The translations under genes were made by a program, and so were the position numbers. From assembly GCA_964016885.1 (NCBI GenBank), contig OZ024743.1, positions 80,910,001 to 80,974,000 on the forward strand: a stretch of DNA of 64,000 bases. The letters are read 5' to 3'. Within the stretch, counting starts at the first letter, position 1. The number at the start of each line of letters is the position of its first letter. This stretch comes from Eledone cirrhosa. Lineage: Eukaryota. Under the pieces are notes generated by a model. The model was not told the origin of the DNA. It did no database searches and saw only the letters and a list, made by a program, of their open reading frames with translations. Shown here piece by piece: positions 46,310-60,369 of the stretch.

Positions 46310-46310
<1 letters not shown>
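45914..46310 (+). mobile_element. Fold-back element family C, older copy with diverged arms
   Basis: Imperfect hairpin 45914-46210 plus right tail aatctgctccccaagatcattgagtgctc. Homologous to 57174-57480. Confidence 0.85.
46078..46169 (+). ncRNA. Hammerhead ribozyme with a long stem II region
   Basis: ACATGT-CTGAAGA-(61 nt)-GAAA-CATATGT-A-ATATGT. Stem I has 6 bp and stem III is the palindrome ACATATGT. Confidence 0.65.
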
Positions 46311-46365
<55 letters not shown>

Positions 46366-46369
<4 letters not shown>

Positions 46370-46791
46370 AAAGAATAGAGGTGTAACACACAAGTTATTA
46401 TATATTGGTAAACGGAATAGAAAATGCTGACAAATTGTTCACAGTTGAAAAAAGGTTTAATTAGGAATAAAAGAGTATTAGTGATTGTATGGGTTAGTAT
46501 TCAGTTGTGGTTTTAAGTTTTTAAGTTTTACCGGTTGCGCATTTCTAAATGCTTTTCAAAACTAATTTTGAGATAGAGTGTCCGTGCTGTTTGCTCTGAT
46601 CAGAGCAAACAGCACGGACACTCTATCTCAAAATTATTTTTGAAAAGCATTTAGAAATGCGCAACCGGTAAAAACTTAAAAACTTAAAACCACAACTGAA
46701 TACTAACCCATACAATCACTAATACTCTTTTATTCCTAATTAAACCTTTTTTCAACTGTGAACAATTTGTCAGCATTTTCTATTCCGTTTA

Positions 46792-46800
<9 letters not shown>
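46366..46800 (-). mobile_element. ~400-bp loopless palindrome with a ~34-nt left tail
   Basis: Axis in CTGA|TCAG (46599/46600). Arms are about 200 bp with one indel and about one mismatch, and contain gcGCAAccggTA, a variant of the GAAA box. Flanked by (TA)n. Confidence 0.9.
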
Positions 46801-46873
<73 letters not shown>

Positions 46874-46916
46874 AGTGTGTGTGTGTATGTATATATATAT
46901 ATATATACAGTATATT

Positions 46917-46970
<54 letters not shown>

Positions 46971-47444
46971 AGAAAAATAAGAATACCGAATATACTGGAT
47001 ATTTGACGATACAGCACAACCTTTTAGAAATATATTCGGTATTTGTGAACCACGAGTTCTGTGACGTTTAATAATCATTGGTCAATTCTAAGTGTTGTTT
47101 AACAATATAGACTCGCTAATTTTCGTTCGAAAATGTGTTGATAATATTTTCAAATTTTCCTTTATGCATTCTACAAAATTCTTGCATAGAATTTTGTATA
47201 AGATTTTCTATGGAGATGACAGTAAAGTCATTTGAGTTCTATTCCGTTTTTACAAAATCCCAAACGGGCTCATTAACGTTATTCAACAACTGCATCAATA
47301 TTCAAGAAACCTCATATGAGATACGACCTCCTTGGAAACCAGTTTAACCTGGATAGATATGAGCCGTGGATTTCAGTTTTGTTTTTGTTTTTGTACAAAA
47401 ACAGCCAATGTCAAATGATACAATTAAATGATATTATCGAAGTG

Positions 47445-47618
47445 GATTGGCAGTATCGGTAGAGGGTCTTACGCCATGCTTTATAGCAAAGAGTTACTGC
47501 CCTTTATGGTCTGAGTTCAAATCCCGACGAGGTTAACTTTGCCTTAAATCCTTACGGGGTCGATAAAATAATACACTGGAATAAGTGCTGGGCTTGTGCC
47601 AAAAGAAGAAACAATTAT
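47445..47618 (+). mobile_element. SINE, same family as 6160
   Basis: tggcagtatcggtagag...gagttcaaatcccgacgaggttaactttgcc. Confidence 0.8.
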
Positions 47619-48179
47619 CGAAATATTTCAGAAATTCTGGAATGACTGCGATTTGTCTATTATCACTGATGAGCTTCTTGATAGGGATTGACCTAGCTGT
47701 ATGTCAAACTACGCCGTGCAAGAAGACCATATCCACAATAGTAGTCGCTAAAAGATCTGTAAACTCCAGACATTTGTCTCAAGTCCCAGAATGGTGGAAA
47801 CACGCAGAGAAAGACAAACAAGTTTACAGAGATAGTAGTGAAGAATAGACTGAAGGTGTGTTTGGAAGCCGGGAATAGATTCAGTCGTTCCACTCTACAT
47901 CATTGAACGTATTTTATCAACTCTGAAAGAATTATCACCGCGAAAGGTAAAGGAACGCAACTATGCAACTGCCCTTCCCCTGATACATTTATTGTCGCTG
48001 TGGGGACCCTAATGATGAACCTTCCATGGGATCTGATGACGAGTGTTTAGTTGTCCTAGCAAATGGCCAAATGATGTTCAACTCATGAAATATTGTTTAA
48101 GTGATGGAGTGTAAATTTAACGTGATTCACAAGCAAAATGAATGTGTCTCAATATATAACAATGGAGGACCTTTGAATT

Positions 48180-48335
48180 ATAAGTTCCATACGACAGCCT
48201 TCCACAGTTTCCCCTCTCCTCAATTTTATGGCCCTAAGCTCTCGTAAAAACACTCACCTACTATACTACACAGTGGGATCGAACATAGGACATGATTTTA
48301 AAGTGAAAGTGAACCTCTACAACACACAGCCATGC
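48180..48335 (-). mobile_element. Decayed tRNA-derived SINE; related copy at about 49130-49355
   Basis: Reverse-complement tRNA-like head: cacagtgggatcgaac (B box) and acacagccat (A box). Confidence 0.5.
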
Positions 48336-48742
48336 TGAGGCTACATAGTCGCTCTAACAGTAGGTCAATGACATAATGTCTTTAAAAAGTTTAGACTTGA
48401 GATATGAAACATCGAGAGAGAACTTGAGACAAAGATCTGTATCTCGGGTAAGTTTCGAAGTGGAACAATTTGCATTTCATTCGTAACATAGTTCCATGTT
48501 GAAGGCGTAGGAATGGTTGCAGATATTCACATGCTTTATAAGAAATCAAATAAGCCCGAGTGAATAGACCGAGTTGAAAAGTGTTATCTTTAAAACTATA
48601 ATTGTATTTCTTTTCAGCACCAATTCTCTGTTTCTTTCCCTTAGCTTGAAAGTTGATAGTTTTACAATATGAGCGAAACGTGATCTTGAGTTATGATGTA
48701 TATCTACAGCCTTGCAACTGCACATATACACATGTGATTGTG

Positions 48743-48899
<157 letters not shown>

Positions 48900-49495
48900 G
48901 TGTGTGTGTGTGTGTGAGTGTGTGTGTTACACAAATGAAGACATTCCCTAGTAGATATATATGCAAATACCCGCACAGTTTCACAAACCACACCCACATA
49001 CACAAACGTTTATATATACATATATATATATATGTGAGTGTGTGTGTGAGTGTGTGTGTGTGTATGTGTGTGTGTGTGTGAGTGTGTGTGTGAGTGTGTG
49101 TGTGTTTGTGTGTACAGGCACTTGTACCTTTAACATAGTTCTCAGTATGATTCAACATGGCAGGATCTGTGTTACAATCACAGGGCAGTCTATTTGACGA
49201 GTTACCAGACAATTTCAGTTTCCATATCTTCACCCACAAAACTTTGGTCAACCTCAGTCTATGTTAACTGTCAAAACCTTTCCAAGCTGACACACAATGG
49301 GACGAAACTCGGGTCTTTATAATGCGGACGAATTATTTAACCATTTCACTATGATGCCTCTAGAATTTGAACAACAAAATAGAAGTAAACATAAACTACA
49401 CAGCGACCTTAACATTGCAAATGTCTGAAGACATCTGTTCTCACCTGAGTCTTTAGGAGTTGATTATAACTTCAAACTACTTATTACTAACCTAT

Positions 49496-49576
<81 letters not shown>

Positions 49577-50029
49577 TAGATGAGGATGATGATGTTTGAT
49601 TAAAACCAACTCATCATTCATGACATGTGATATGAAAATACAGATGTTTTGATCTAAACGTAAATAATTATATTACATATTGATTAAAAATTACACTTGA
49701 TGATATATTTGTGTTAAGTTCCATATCCAGTTCGCCATAACACTGTTATTGGATAGCAAGACAGATAAGAGGAGATTTCTCACTTTCATCAGGTAAGGCT
49801 GGATCAAGGGAAAGTTAAAAACGCTTATGATTTCCCAGGGGCATTAGGTGCGTAAAAAGATGATAAAATAACTTAAAGCATTAGTAAAAAGTAGGTGGAA
49901 GGCTTAGCTGGGAAATTACCACTCAGCTAGATGGCATTCCCTCCATGTCATATATTCACGAAATATCTAAATGGTAGATCTAAAATGATTTCATCTACTA
50001 CGATATTATATTATGCTATATGGTGCCAT

Positions 50030-50310
50030 GGGTGAAGGTAGCTTTAGTGATTATGTGAGGTCGTGAGTTCTATTACTGGTGGTGTGTTGTGTCTTTGATC
50101 ATGACACTATATTTCAAGTTGCACTAATCCTCTTAACTGAAAAAGAGTTGTATCTGTAATTGAAAAGATCAACTTCGTCTCACACAGTGTCCTCCTCTAT
50201 CTACCTGAGAACTATGTTAAGGGTACCAGTGTAAGTTGAATGCTCAGCCATTTTCTTATTAATCTCACTTGCAAGCTTTCCATTAATTGAACAGCTGGGA
50301 CATTTCTGTT
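50030..50310 (+). mobile_element. Decayed CORE-like SINE; related copy at about 51490-51760
   Basis: gtcgtgagttc..gttgtgtctttgatcatgacactatatttca resembles the element at 23800-24094. Confidence 0.5.
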
Positions 50311-50479
50311 ATTACTAATTAATATTTCTAAGATTCTGAATATATTTTCGAAGGAGTAAGAAATAAAATGAAGTGGTTGTGGCGTGATTCACTTAGTTTT
50401 GATCTTAGAGAAACCCATTGTGATATATTTAGGTCTCAGCTGAGAGAAACTTAGTGTGTAGATATTGACAGATGTGTAG

Positions 50480-51280
50480 ATATTGACAGATTGACAAAAG
50501 TGGTAGAGCATACCTTCATGCTATGAGTTCAGATCACGTGAAGTTCGTTTTGGGCTTACATCATTCTTTGGCCGACAGAACCAATCAAGTTCCAGATTTG
50601 ATATAATCGATTGTTCTTTCGTAGACATCTTTCGTTGTTTTGAATTAACAATCGGCATCGTGATGGCAGGATTGTTATAGGGACCGAAAAAATGTCGTAC
50701 AGTATTATGTTAAGGTATGTGAGGTTTTGTGTTCAAATACCGCTCTGGTTGATTTTACTATTCATCTGTACGGAGTGAGTAAAATAAAGTTTAAGTTTAT
50801 TATCAGGATCAGTGTAATCAACATACTTTCAAACTTCCACCAAAGCTGCTTTAAAGAGAACATAGAGGATAATATATATATATTTGGACCCGTAACTCCT
50901 GAGGTTGTCGTAAGGGTGTTATATTGACATACGGTGTTTCTAGGACATTTTAAAACATGGCGGAGTCCATCTTCTGAATACAGCAGATTTCTTCCACAGA
51001 AGAATAGAAAGGGTTAAAGAGATATACCGTAGAAGAAGTATTGACCCCAGTACTGGACTGGCACATTTTTATCGACCTCAATATATACAGCGGAAGTGAG
51101 AAAGAGATATAAAGGAAGAACCGATCCCAGTTCTATACAGGTGCTTTTGTTATCGCTCTTGAATGGATGAAAGGCAAAGTTAATCTCGGTGGGATTTGAA
51201 CTGAAATAACAGAGTCGGAATACCACAAAGCATTCCATCTGACATTCTAACGACTCTCACAATTCACCGCATTGACTTAA
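50480..51280. mobile_element. Cluster of decayed SINE copies on both strands
   Basis: gagttcagatc (about 50525), gttcaaataccgc (about 50731), the 16670-type repeat (50890-51080) and ggatgaaaggcaaagttaatctcggtgggatttgaa (about 51165). Confidence 0.65.
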
Positions 51281-51834
51281 GATACACTGTATCTCAAAAA
51301 TTAAAAAAAATAAGATTTCATGGTCCGAACTCTGATGTTTCTTTACATCATTAAACATTGTACCACCCCGTCGTGGTATATGGAATACGACCCAAGTCCT
51401 GATTATAGGAAGTATGGCACCCGTAACCACTAGACCACGTGCCTTAACATATTGCTAATGTGACGTTTATTCTGTATGAAAGGTTTCGAAGGAGGGCAAA
51501 TGATTCAGGAGTTCCTTGCGCAATAAACAGGTTCTGGGTTCGAACGCGTGGAATGTTGGGCAAGTATGATTTACTCTATCCTCGTGGAATGAACTGCACA
51601 TGTTAATGAAATGACCAGCCTTGTCACACTGAATCTCCTCAGGAATTCCTTTAACGGTACACGTGACTGTGGAATGGTCAACCACTTACACGTTAATTTC
51701 ATAGACTGCCTCGTCTGTTGATGGAACATCTGGAACAGTCATCGTTGAAACTGACTGAAGTCCACTCCAATAATTCATTGGAGACGTCGAGCAGAAAATA
51801 ACAACAAATATTTGAAAGTAAATATTTACCTTAC

Positions 51835-51874
51835 CTTTACTTTGTGTATTTTGATCCCAGGTGTGCAACATTAC
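51835..51874 (-). other. Candidate 40-nt exon of a host gene
   Basis: Minus strand reads ttattttcttccacag|GTAATGTTGCACACCTGGGATCAAAATACACAAAGTAAAG|gtaagg, with near-consensus acceptor and donor in non-repeat sequence. Confidence 0.3.
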
Positions 51875-51982
51875 CTGTGGAAGAAAATAACTGAAATATT
51901 CTAAAGATAAGGAAAAACAAACGAATCGTAGAATCTAAAAATATGTAACAATTGAAGGTGAACAACAACTACAACAACAACA

Positions 51983-52029
<47 letters not shown>

Positions 52030-52054
52030 AACAACAACAACAACAACAACAACA

Positions 52055-52101
<47 letters not shown>

Positions 52102-52484
52102 GACTACTACTACTACTACTATTACTACTAAAGCAACAACAACAACAACAACAACCATAACAAAAATAACAATAATTACTACAACAACCACAACAGCAGT
52201 ACTGTCCATGTAATCCAGTGCTATTGGGACAAATAAATGAAATCAGCATAACCAGCATCATCATCATCATCATCACCACCACCATCATCACCATCATCAT
52301 CACCATCATCATCATCACCATCATCAATATCATTGTCATCACCATCATCAATATCATCATCATTATCGTTATTATTGTTATTATTATTTGAAATTTCCTT
52401 TGAATCCTGCTTCTTCCGTTGACCAGTGTCAACTTGACTCTCGAATCAGGTTGTTGTTGTTGTTGTTGTTATTTAGGCAGCGGT

Positions 52485-52780
52485 TCAGCAGAGGCAGGTC
52501 ACAATTCGATATTTTTTCCGGCTGTTTACATTTGGAGTTCAAATCCTGCCGTACTTAAATTTGCTTTTCCTCCTTCTAAATTCCCTTTCCTCTAAATTAT
52601 TGACCTTCTGTTAAAATTAGAAACCATTGTCTAGGTTGGTGGGGTTAGCAGAATCGTTAGAGAATCGGGTAACATGTTTTGTGGTAATTCTCCGGTTTCT
52701 TATGTTACCACTTCAAATACAACTGGTATCATCTCTGACTTTCATCTTACCAGAATTGATAAAATTAAGTCCAGTTGCTT
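52485..52780 (+). mobile_element. Two decayed SINE copies
   Basis: ggagttcaaatcctgccg..tttgcttttc and ttagcagaatcgttaga..cttcaaatac..tttcatc..gataaaattaagtccag. Confidence 0.55.
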
Positions 52781-53062
52781 CAGTGTGAGTGTGTGCCCAT
52801 TAAACATATACATATACATCAGATCCGAACACAAAGGAACTAAACTCTCTCTGTCACTGCTTCCGTCCCTCTCGCTCTCCCCATCTTACAATATTATGTG
52901 CAAATCGTGGCCCACGCGGTGGCCGTCCTGTGGCCCCAGCGGACAGAATAGAGAAGATGTTTCCCTGGAGAATGTTGAGGGAGACGTGCTGGAAGAGCCA
53001 TTCCAGCTCACAGGTCTCACACCTGTGGTTAGCCAACTCTGTGCCAATTGTGGTAGTATGGA

Positions 53063-53183
53063 GGTGGCCCTAGGGCCAAGGACACCAGAAGTCTCCACTG
53101 CTACAGGTGGCCAGGTCTGTGCCTATGGTGGTGAGTAGGGAGGTAGCCTTAGGGCCAAGGACACCAGAAATCGCCACTACTAC
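53063..53183. repeat. ~42-bp imperfect direct duplication, period about 79
   Basis: ggtggccctagggccaaggacaccagaagtctccactgctac and ggtagccttagggccaaggacaccagaaatcgccactactac. Confidence 0.8.
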
Positions 53184-53661
53184 GTGCTCTAACGCAGGGT
53201 TAATAGAATCGACTTTCTTTTCCCTGTAAAATTGCTGACCTTCTTAATTTAGGAATGGTTGTCTCAGCTTCATTTTACGCCAGACTTTCGTCCACCACAT
53301 TTGTCCAGCGAAAACAATAAAACATAAACAAAGGTGGCATCAAATCTGAGGACCATCTTGACACAGTAATTGTTCCTTAACTACCAGATCTTCCTATATT
53401 GGATTTTATATACATTTACGCCCCACCACCTCCTCCACCACCACCACCACCACCACCACCAAAACCAACAACAACAACAAAAACAAAAACAACACGACCA
53501 CCACCACCACTACCACCACTACCACCACCATCACCTTCCTGTATGTTTCTCTCTTTCTGTTTGTAAATATATACAACTACATGAAATTTGGATTCAATCA
53601 AAAATACAAAACGCTTTTGGAGGAAAATGACTTCTGGTTTTGTGTGTGTGCGTCATATATG

Positions 53662-53709
<48 letters not shown>

Positions 53710-53839
53710 ATGTACCGTTTCTTACAAAAACATGTCGTTTTCTGACATCTCTTTTGTGTTGGTGATGAATCTTCACCCGATTTGAACTTTGTGGTTGGGT
53801 CTTCTCGTCTCTCTACTGTCTCTCCTTACTGCTAGTATC

Positions 53840-53964
<125 letters not shown>

Positions 53965-54341
53965 ACTGCTTGTCTCACTGTTTCTCTCTCTCTCTCTCTA
54001 CTGCCTGCCTCTCTCTCTCTCTGTCCACAGCTGTGTATCATTTACAGTATACATGTGTCCCTCCAGCCGTTACTAACCCCCCCCCCCTTGGTCCACTTGA
54101 CTTTCAGTTACTCCACCCCAACATCCCCAACTATGTCACTTGTACTGTAATGGGGTTTACTACACCCAGAACGATGAAAGCTTAAGATAATCTTCGTCTT
54201 CACTCTTAAATATGTCTCTCATATCGTGTAAGGTATGTTAATGTATATATATTTATATATGTATGTATATATGTATATATGTATGTGTATGTATACATGC
54301 ATGCATGTATATATCAATGTCTGTGTGCAAGGTCCTTGTTT

Positions 54342-54618
54342 CAGGGAGGTACCAGGAGACAAGTCCCCCTCCCCCCACTTTTTCAGGAACGGGGGACAAA
54401 CCATCTTTTATGTTTTGTTTATTTGATATAATAAATTCTTTTTAAGCTTATTTTTTTATATCTGAATATATTTGAATATCTAAAATTTAATTAGCGTAAA
54501 ATGTTACTTATGTGATAGGGTCCGGGAATGGCACCATAAGCAATACTAACATGCTCCTTTAAGAATCAACAAATGTTGGTTTGTCCCCTTGATATTTTTA
54601 AAGCAAACGAGGCCCCTG
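54342..54618. mobile_element. MITE-like DNA transposon remnant
   Basis: Termini CAGGG...CCCTG. Subterminal inverted repeat ggggacaaacca (54392) / tggtttgtcccc (54577). Confidence 0.5.
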
Positions 54619-54824
54619 TATGTATGTATGTATGTATGTATGTAACTGCTATGTATGTATTTATGTATGTGTGTAAGTATGTATGTATGTGTGTATGTAT
54701 ATGTGTGTATGTATGTGTGTGTGTGTGTGTGTGTAAGTATGTGTACGTTGTGAAGACCTATAGTCGAATATTTAGGGTTTCGATTCCCAACCGTAAGGTA
54801 TTGGGTTGAAAGACCTCATGCGCA

Positions 54825-54912
54825 TTTTGTCCTTATGGGATCGATAAAATAAAGTACCAGTAATGCACTGGGATAATTGCTGGCCTTGTGCCAAAAGTAA
54901 AAACAATTATAA
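54825..54912 (+). mobile_element. SINE 3' half
   Basis: tcgataaaataaagtaccagtaatgcactggg..gctggccttgtgccaaaag. Confidence 0.8.
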
Positions 54913-55028
54913 TAATATATATGCTTTCATATCTGGCTTAAAATATTCATAGCGCGACTCATAAAACCTAGTGTGTAGGCCTTCATGTAAACATCTATTA
55001 TATATACTCCATTTATATACCCCATCTC

Positions 55029-55158
<130 letters not shown>

Positions 55159-55423
55159 TTATAGTAAAGCTAAATAGTGAGTCATGTTACTCTGAAGTTA
55201 GACAAGAACACACGAAACACCAGGGTAAGACCCGCTATTTAACCTTAATAAAATATTAAAACTCTACTTCCGTATTGAGTACACCTTTCTCTCATCCGTC
55301 AACAACATACGGATAAATGATGGCCGACTGAAAACGCAGAGATGTTTTTTCCTCTCCAATTATTTTTCTCATTTTCCCCGTTCCTTCCTCTCATTACTCT
55401 TTACTTTCTATATATCGTCTATT

Positions 55424-55465
55424 TCTAACTCTGATGAAGGGCTAGTGTCCGAAATGTTATGACTC
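55424..55465 (+). ncRNA. Hammerhead-like motif, same family as 34240
   Basis: CTGATGA-agggctagtgtcc-GAAA-tgtta, followed by the shared sequence ctcttcctgctat. Confidence 0.5.
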
Positions 55466-55870
55466 TCTTCCTGCTATTTTTTCTATGTACTGCTCCCTTT
55501 CTTTTGTTATTTTTGTTATTACTTTTACACACACACACAACACGCGCGCTTATATATATATATATGAAAAATATGAAAACATGGCGTGCTGCGTGGTTGC
55601 ATGTGGGTTACATATGAATAAATTTAGTCCTTCATCAGTGATCTTCCAGCCTTCATTGGTATTTCATCGCTTTAAAGACCATGTACGTCTGGTTGGTGCG
55701 AGCAACGACTAAAGAAAGTCGTTGGGACACGTAAATAAGGGGGACGCGCGAGACTAAACAATCAAAGATGGTAATGCAAAGAAAAGTGAGGAAGAAGGAG
55801 TCAAGTCCCTGAAATCGATACACATAAGTTCTGTGAAATCGTAGACGAGAGAGAATAAAGACCATCCAAC

Positions 55871-55987
<117 letters not shown>

Positions 55988-56005
55988 CAATTTTATTATT
56001 ATTAC

Positions 56006-56036
<31 letters not shown>

Positions 56037-56154
56037 ATCATGCTTTATTTTTATTTATTATTTATTATAATTTTGTCTTTATTTGTTAATTTTTCATTCG
56101 CACCGTTTCCTTTCGCTATATGTCTCTCCACCACTCCCCTACACACCTTTTGAA

Positions 56155-56276
56155 CTCTTACCCGAAGAAGGGCTTATGCCCGAAACGTCGTCCTCCACCT
56201 ACCCCCCACTCTCCTGAGCGTGAAGCTAATAAACATTTGTCGTACTGCCTCTCTGTTCTGTCCCTGTTCAATTTTT

Positions 56277-56280
<4 letters not shown>
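56155..56280 (+). mobile_element. Penelope-type 3' end with a degenerate hammerhead
   Basis: CCGAAGA-a-GGGC-ttat-GCCC-GAAA-CGTC. The tail gtactgcctctctgttctgtccctgttcaa also occurs at 29198-29248. Both copies end in (TA)n. Confidence 0.55.
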
Positions 56281-56370
<90 letters not shown>

Positions 56371-56383
56371 ATATATAAATATA

Positions 56384-56911
<528 letters not shown>

Positions 56912-56930
56912 TATATAATATATATATATA

Positions 56931-57050
<120 letters not shown>

Positions 57051-57082
57051 TATATAATATATATATATAATATATATATATA

Positions 57083-57173
<91 letters not shown>

Positions 57174-57175
<2 letters not shown>

Positions 57176-57479
57176 GGAAAACGAAGAATCAGTGATGCTT
57201 CGGAACTCAATTTATTACGTATTACAATTGTTTCTCCGGTGAACAGCTCGAGGTGCGATCTATTTGTGGATCGAACCTGAATTAGGAGTCAGGTTCGATT
57301 CACAAACAGATCGCACCTCGAGCTGTTCGCTGGGGAAACAATTGTAATACGTAATAAATTGAGTTCCGAAGCATCACTGATTCTTCGTTTTCCATTTTAT
57401 TATACTCTGCTCCTTCGGAGCATAGAGTGCTCAACCAGCATACCGCCTATGGCCGCATCCAAACAATCTTCCTACAAAT

Positions 57480-57480
<1 letters not shown>
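57174..57480 (+). mobile_element. Fold-back element family C
   Basis: Hairpin 57174-57395. The right arm has GAAA-CAATTGT-A. Tail atactctgctccttcggagcatagagtgctc. Confidence 0.85.
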
Positions 57481-57545
<65 letters not shown>

Positions 57546-57721
57546 CATATATAAATATCTCTCTCTCTCTCTATATATATATATTTATTTATTTCATATA
57601 TATATATATATGGAAGTGGAGCAAAAGTGAAATGAAATAAAAATTTCTGAGGTAACGTATTTGACAATTTAAGAAAAACAACCAGGAAAGTCCTTATCAT
57701 TTTTCAACGATATTTTCATTT

Positions 57722-57838
<117 letters not shown>

Positions 57839-57839
57839 G

Positions 57840-58214
57840 CAGAGGTTATATGTAATTTGTTGGGATTCAACAAGCTTAAACATTTTTATAAATAACTAAA
57901 TAACTAAAGTACTTAACAGATAGTGGAGTAAATAGACAATATATTAATAAATGGAAACTATATTTATAAAACCATATTTATTTTATTATACATATTTCAA
58001 GGGCAACCAAGGCAAATTATGGTGCGCTTTCAGTATCCAGGAAGCTCCAACCGTTAAGGTTGTCTTTTTCCGGGTATGTCAATATTTATTTATAAAACAA
58101 ATCTGTATTTTATCTGATGAAAGCGCACCATAATTTGCCTTGGTTGCCCTTGAAATATATATAATAAAATAAATATGGTTTTATAAATATAGTTTCCATT
58201 TATTAATATATTGT
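57840..58214. mobile_element. Fold-back element with 97-bp arms, 85-nt spacer and left tail
   Basis: 57936-58032 is the near-perfect reverse complement of 58118-58214. Confidence 0.88.
58107..58170 (+). ncRNA. Hammerhead ribozyme, type I
   Basis: ATTTTAT-CTGATGA-aag...ctt-GAAA-TATATAT-A-ATAAAAT. Stem I is a perfect 7 bp and stem III is palindromic. Stems I and III match those at 244-300. Confidence 0.75.
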
Positions 58215-58415
58215 ATATATATATTTTTTTTTTTTAAGGAAAAAAAAAAAAAAATTTTCTAATCCGGAAAATAATTCTTTTTGGATTTTGTGAAGAAAAT
58301 AAATTTATTGAAAGCACAAGTGAAGCCATTTTTTCTCCCCCCCCCCCCTGTCTTAATATACCTAACTGTACCAAGGATTACACATTTTCCAATATATATA
58401 TATATATATATATAT

Positions 58416-58608
58416 AACGAAGGAAATGTGGTAAGGAACCAGGTGGACCATAACGCACCAAAGTACTCAATACTTGAGGTAGTAGAGTGGGTAATAGGAA
58501 CCAGTAGGACCCCGACAGCTGAGCTCAAGCCGTTTCGACGGCTAATTCAGTCCAGAATTAGCCGTCGAAACGGCTTGAGCTCAGCTGTCGGGGTTCTACT
58601 GGTTCCTA
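58416..58608 (-). mobile_element. Fold-back element family A
   Basis: Tail 58416-58494 and hairpin 58495-58608 containing gccgtcGAAAcggc. Confidence 0.9.
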
Positions 58609-58609
58609 A

Positions 58610-58641
<32 letters not shown>

Positions 58642-58941
58642 ATGTGTGGAGGTGTGTGTGTATGTGTGGAGGTGTGTGTGTATGTGTGGATGTGTGTGTA
58701 TGGAGGTGTGGCGTGTGTGACAAAAGACATATATATGTCAGTATTTATTACATGAACAATATGTGTTGGCCACTTGTCATGGTAAATCCCATTGATCGTC
58801 TAAAAGGTTTCCACGTTTGGCCAACGTATTTGATCTCGCAGTCGACCACTGGCACCTCCATTGCACACCTCCTACATACACAATCTGTTCTTCCCTACGT
58901 AATAAGACATTCCGCCCCCGTCATTTCTCCCCCCACCCCGT

Positions 58942-58975
<34 letters not shown>

Positions 58976-59271
58976 CACACACATATATATATATATATAT
59001 CGATTTATTACTCTCTCTCTCTATATATATATATCGATTTATATAGATTTTTTTATATTTATACTTACACATACACACATATATTTATATATATATATAA
59101 TATATATATACGCATATATATATATTTATATATATATATATATACGAGATATATATATACATATATGTGTGTGTGTGTGTGTGTGATATATGTGTGTGTG
59201 AATTTCTGTGTATGTGTGAATATATTTATTATAGATTTATTTACAAGTCTATAAATTTTATTTATATGCGT

Positions 59272-59340
<69 letters not shown>

Positions 59341-59357
59341 CATACATATACATATAT

Positions 59358-59405
<48 letters not shown>

Positions 59406-59524
59406 TATTTATTAATGTTGCATGGTAAACAAGAATGGGCGACGAAGATGAATATCTCGTTCCGGGCTGTGAGATATATCCAGATGGCTCAGATCAAACG
59501 ATGCTTCTGATATTGTTTGGATAC

Positions 59525-59542
59525 GTGTGTGAGTGTGAAGGG

Positions 59543-59627
<85 letters not shown>

Positions 59628-59880
59628 AGAGTGAAGGAGTCTATATATATACGTGAGAGTGAAGGGGTCTATATATATATCTGAGAGTGAAGGGGTGTAT
59701 ATATATATATATGAGAGTGAGGGGGTATATATATATATATATGTGTGTGAGAGTGAAGGGGTATATATATATATGTGAGAGTGAAGGGGTCTCTATATAT
59801 ATATGTGTGTGCGAGTGAAGGGGTCTATATATATATATATATGTGAGAGTGAATGGGTCTATATATATATATATGTGTGT
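59525..59880. repeat. Compound repeat [GTGAGAGTGAAGGGGTC(TA)n], about 9 copies
   Basis: Direct inspection. Confidence 0.9.
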
Positions 59881-59954
59881 GTGAAGTATAAATATGTAAG
59901 CACATGAAATATGAATGTTTATATATATAAGTGTGTGTGTGTGTATGTATATAT

Positions 59955-60057
<103 letters not shown>

Positions 60058-60065
60058 CATATATA

Positions 60066-60260
60066 ACAAAGGAATTGTGGTAAGGAACCAAAAGGACCAT
60101 AACGCACCAGAGTGCTCAATACTTAGTGTTGTAGAGTGGGAAATAGGAAAAAGTATGACGCCGACGGCAGAGCTCAAGCCGTTTCGACGGCTATTTCTGG
60201 AGTCCAGAAATAGCCGTCGAAACGGCTTGAGCTCTGCCGTCGAGTCATACTTATTCCTAT
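60066..60260 (-). mobile_element. Fold-back element family A
   Basis: Tail 60066-60142 and hairpin 60143-60260, axis at ctgga-g-tccag. Confidence 0.9.
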
Positions 60261-60262
60261 AT

Positions 60263-60346
<84 letters not shown>

Positions 60347-60369
60347 GTATATATATATATGTATATATA

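Noticed and set aside
47666-47720. Other isolated CTGANGA matches (also 22924, 28561, 48033, 49785)
   Set aside because: No properly placed stem II, GAAA and stem I; such matches are expected by chance.
51370-51443. tRNA gene on the minus strand (tggtctagtgg...gggtcgtattcc)
   Set aside because: A- and B-box-like motifs are present but there is no convincing cloverleaf. More likely a SINE head.
52674-53138. 154 aa ORF with a GC-richer 3' part
   Set aside because: It begins in a SINE, crosses simple repeats and shows no recognisable domain or convincing splice sites.
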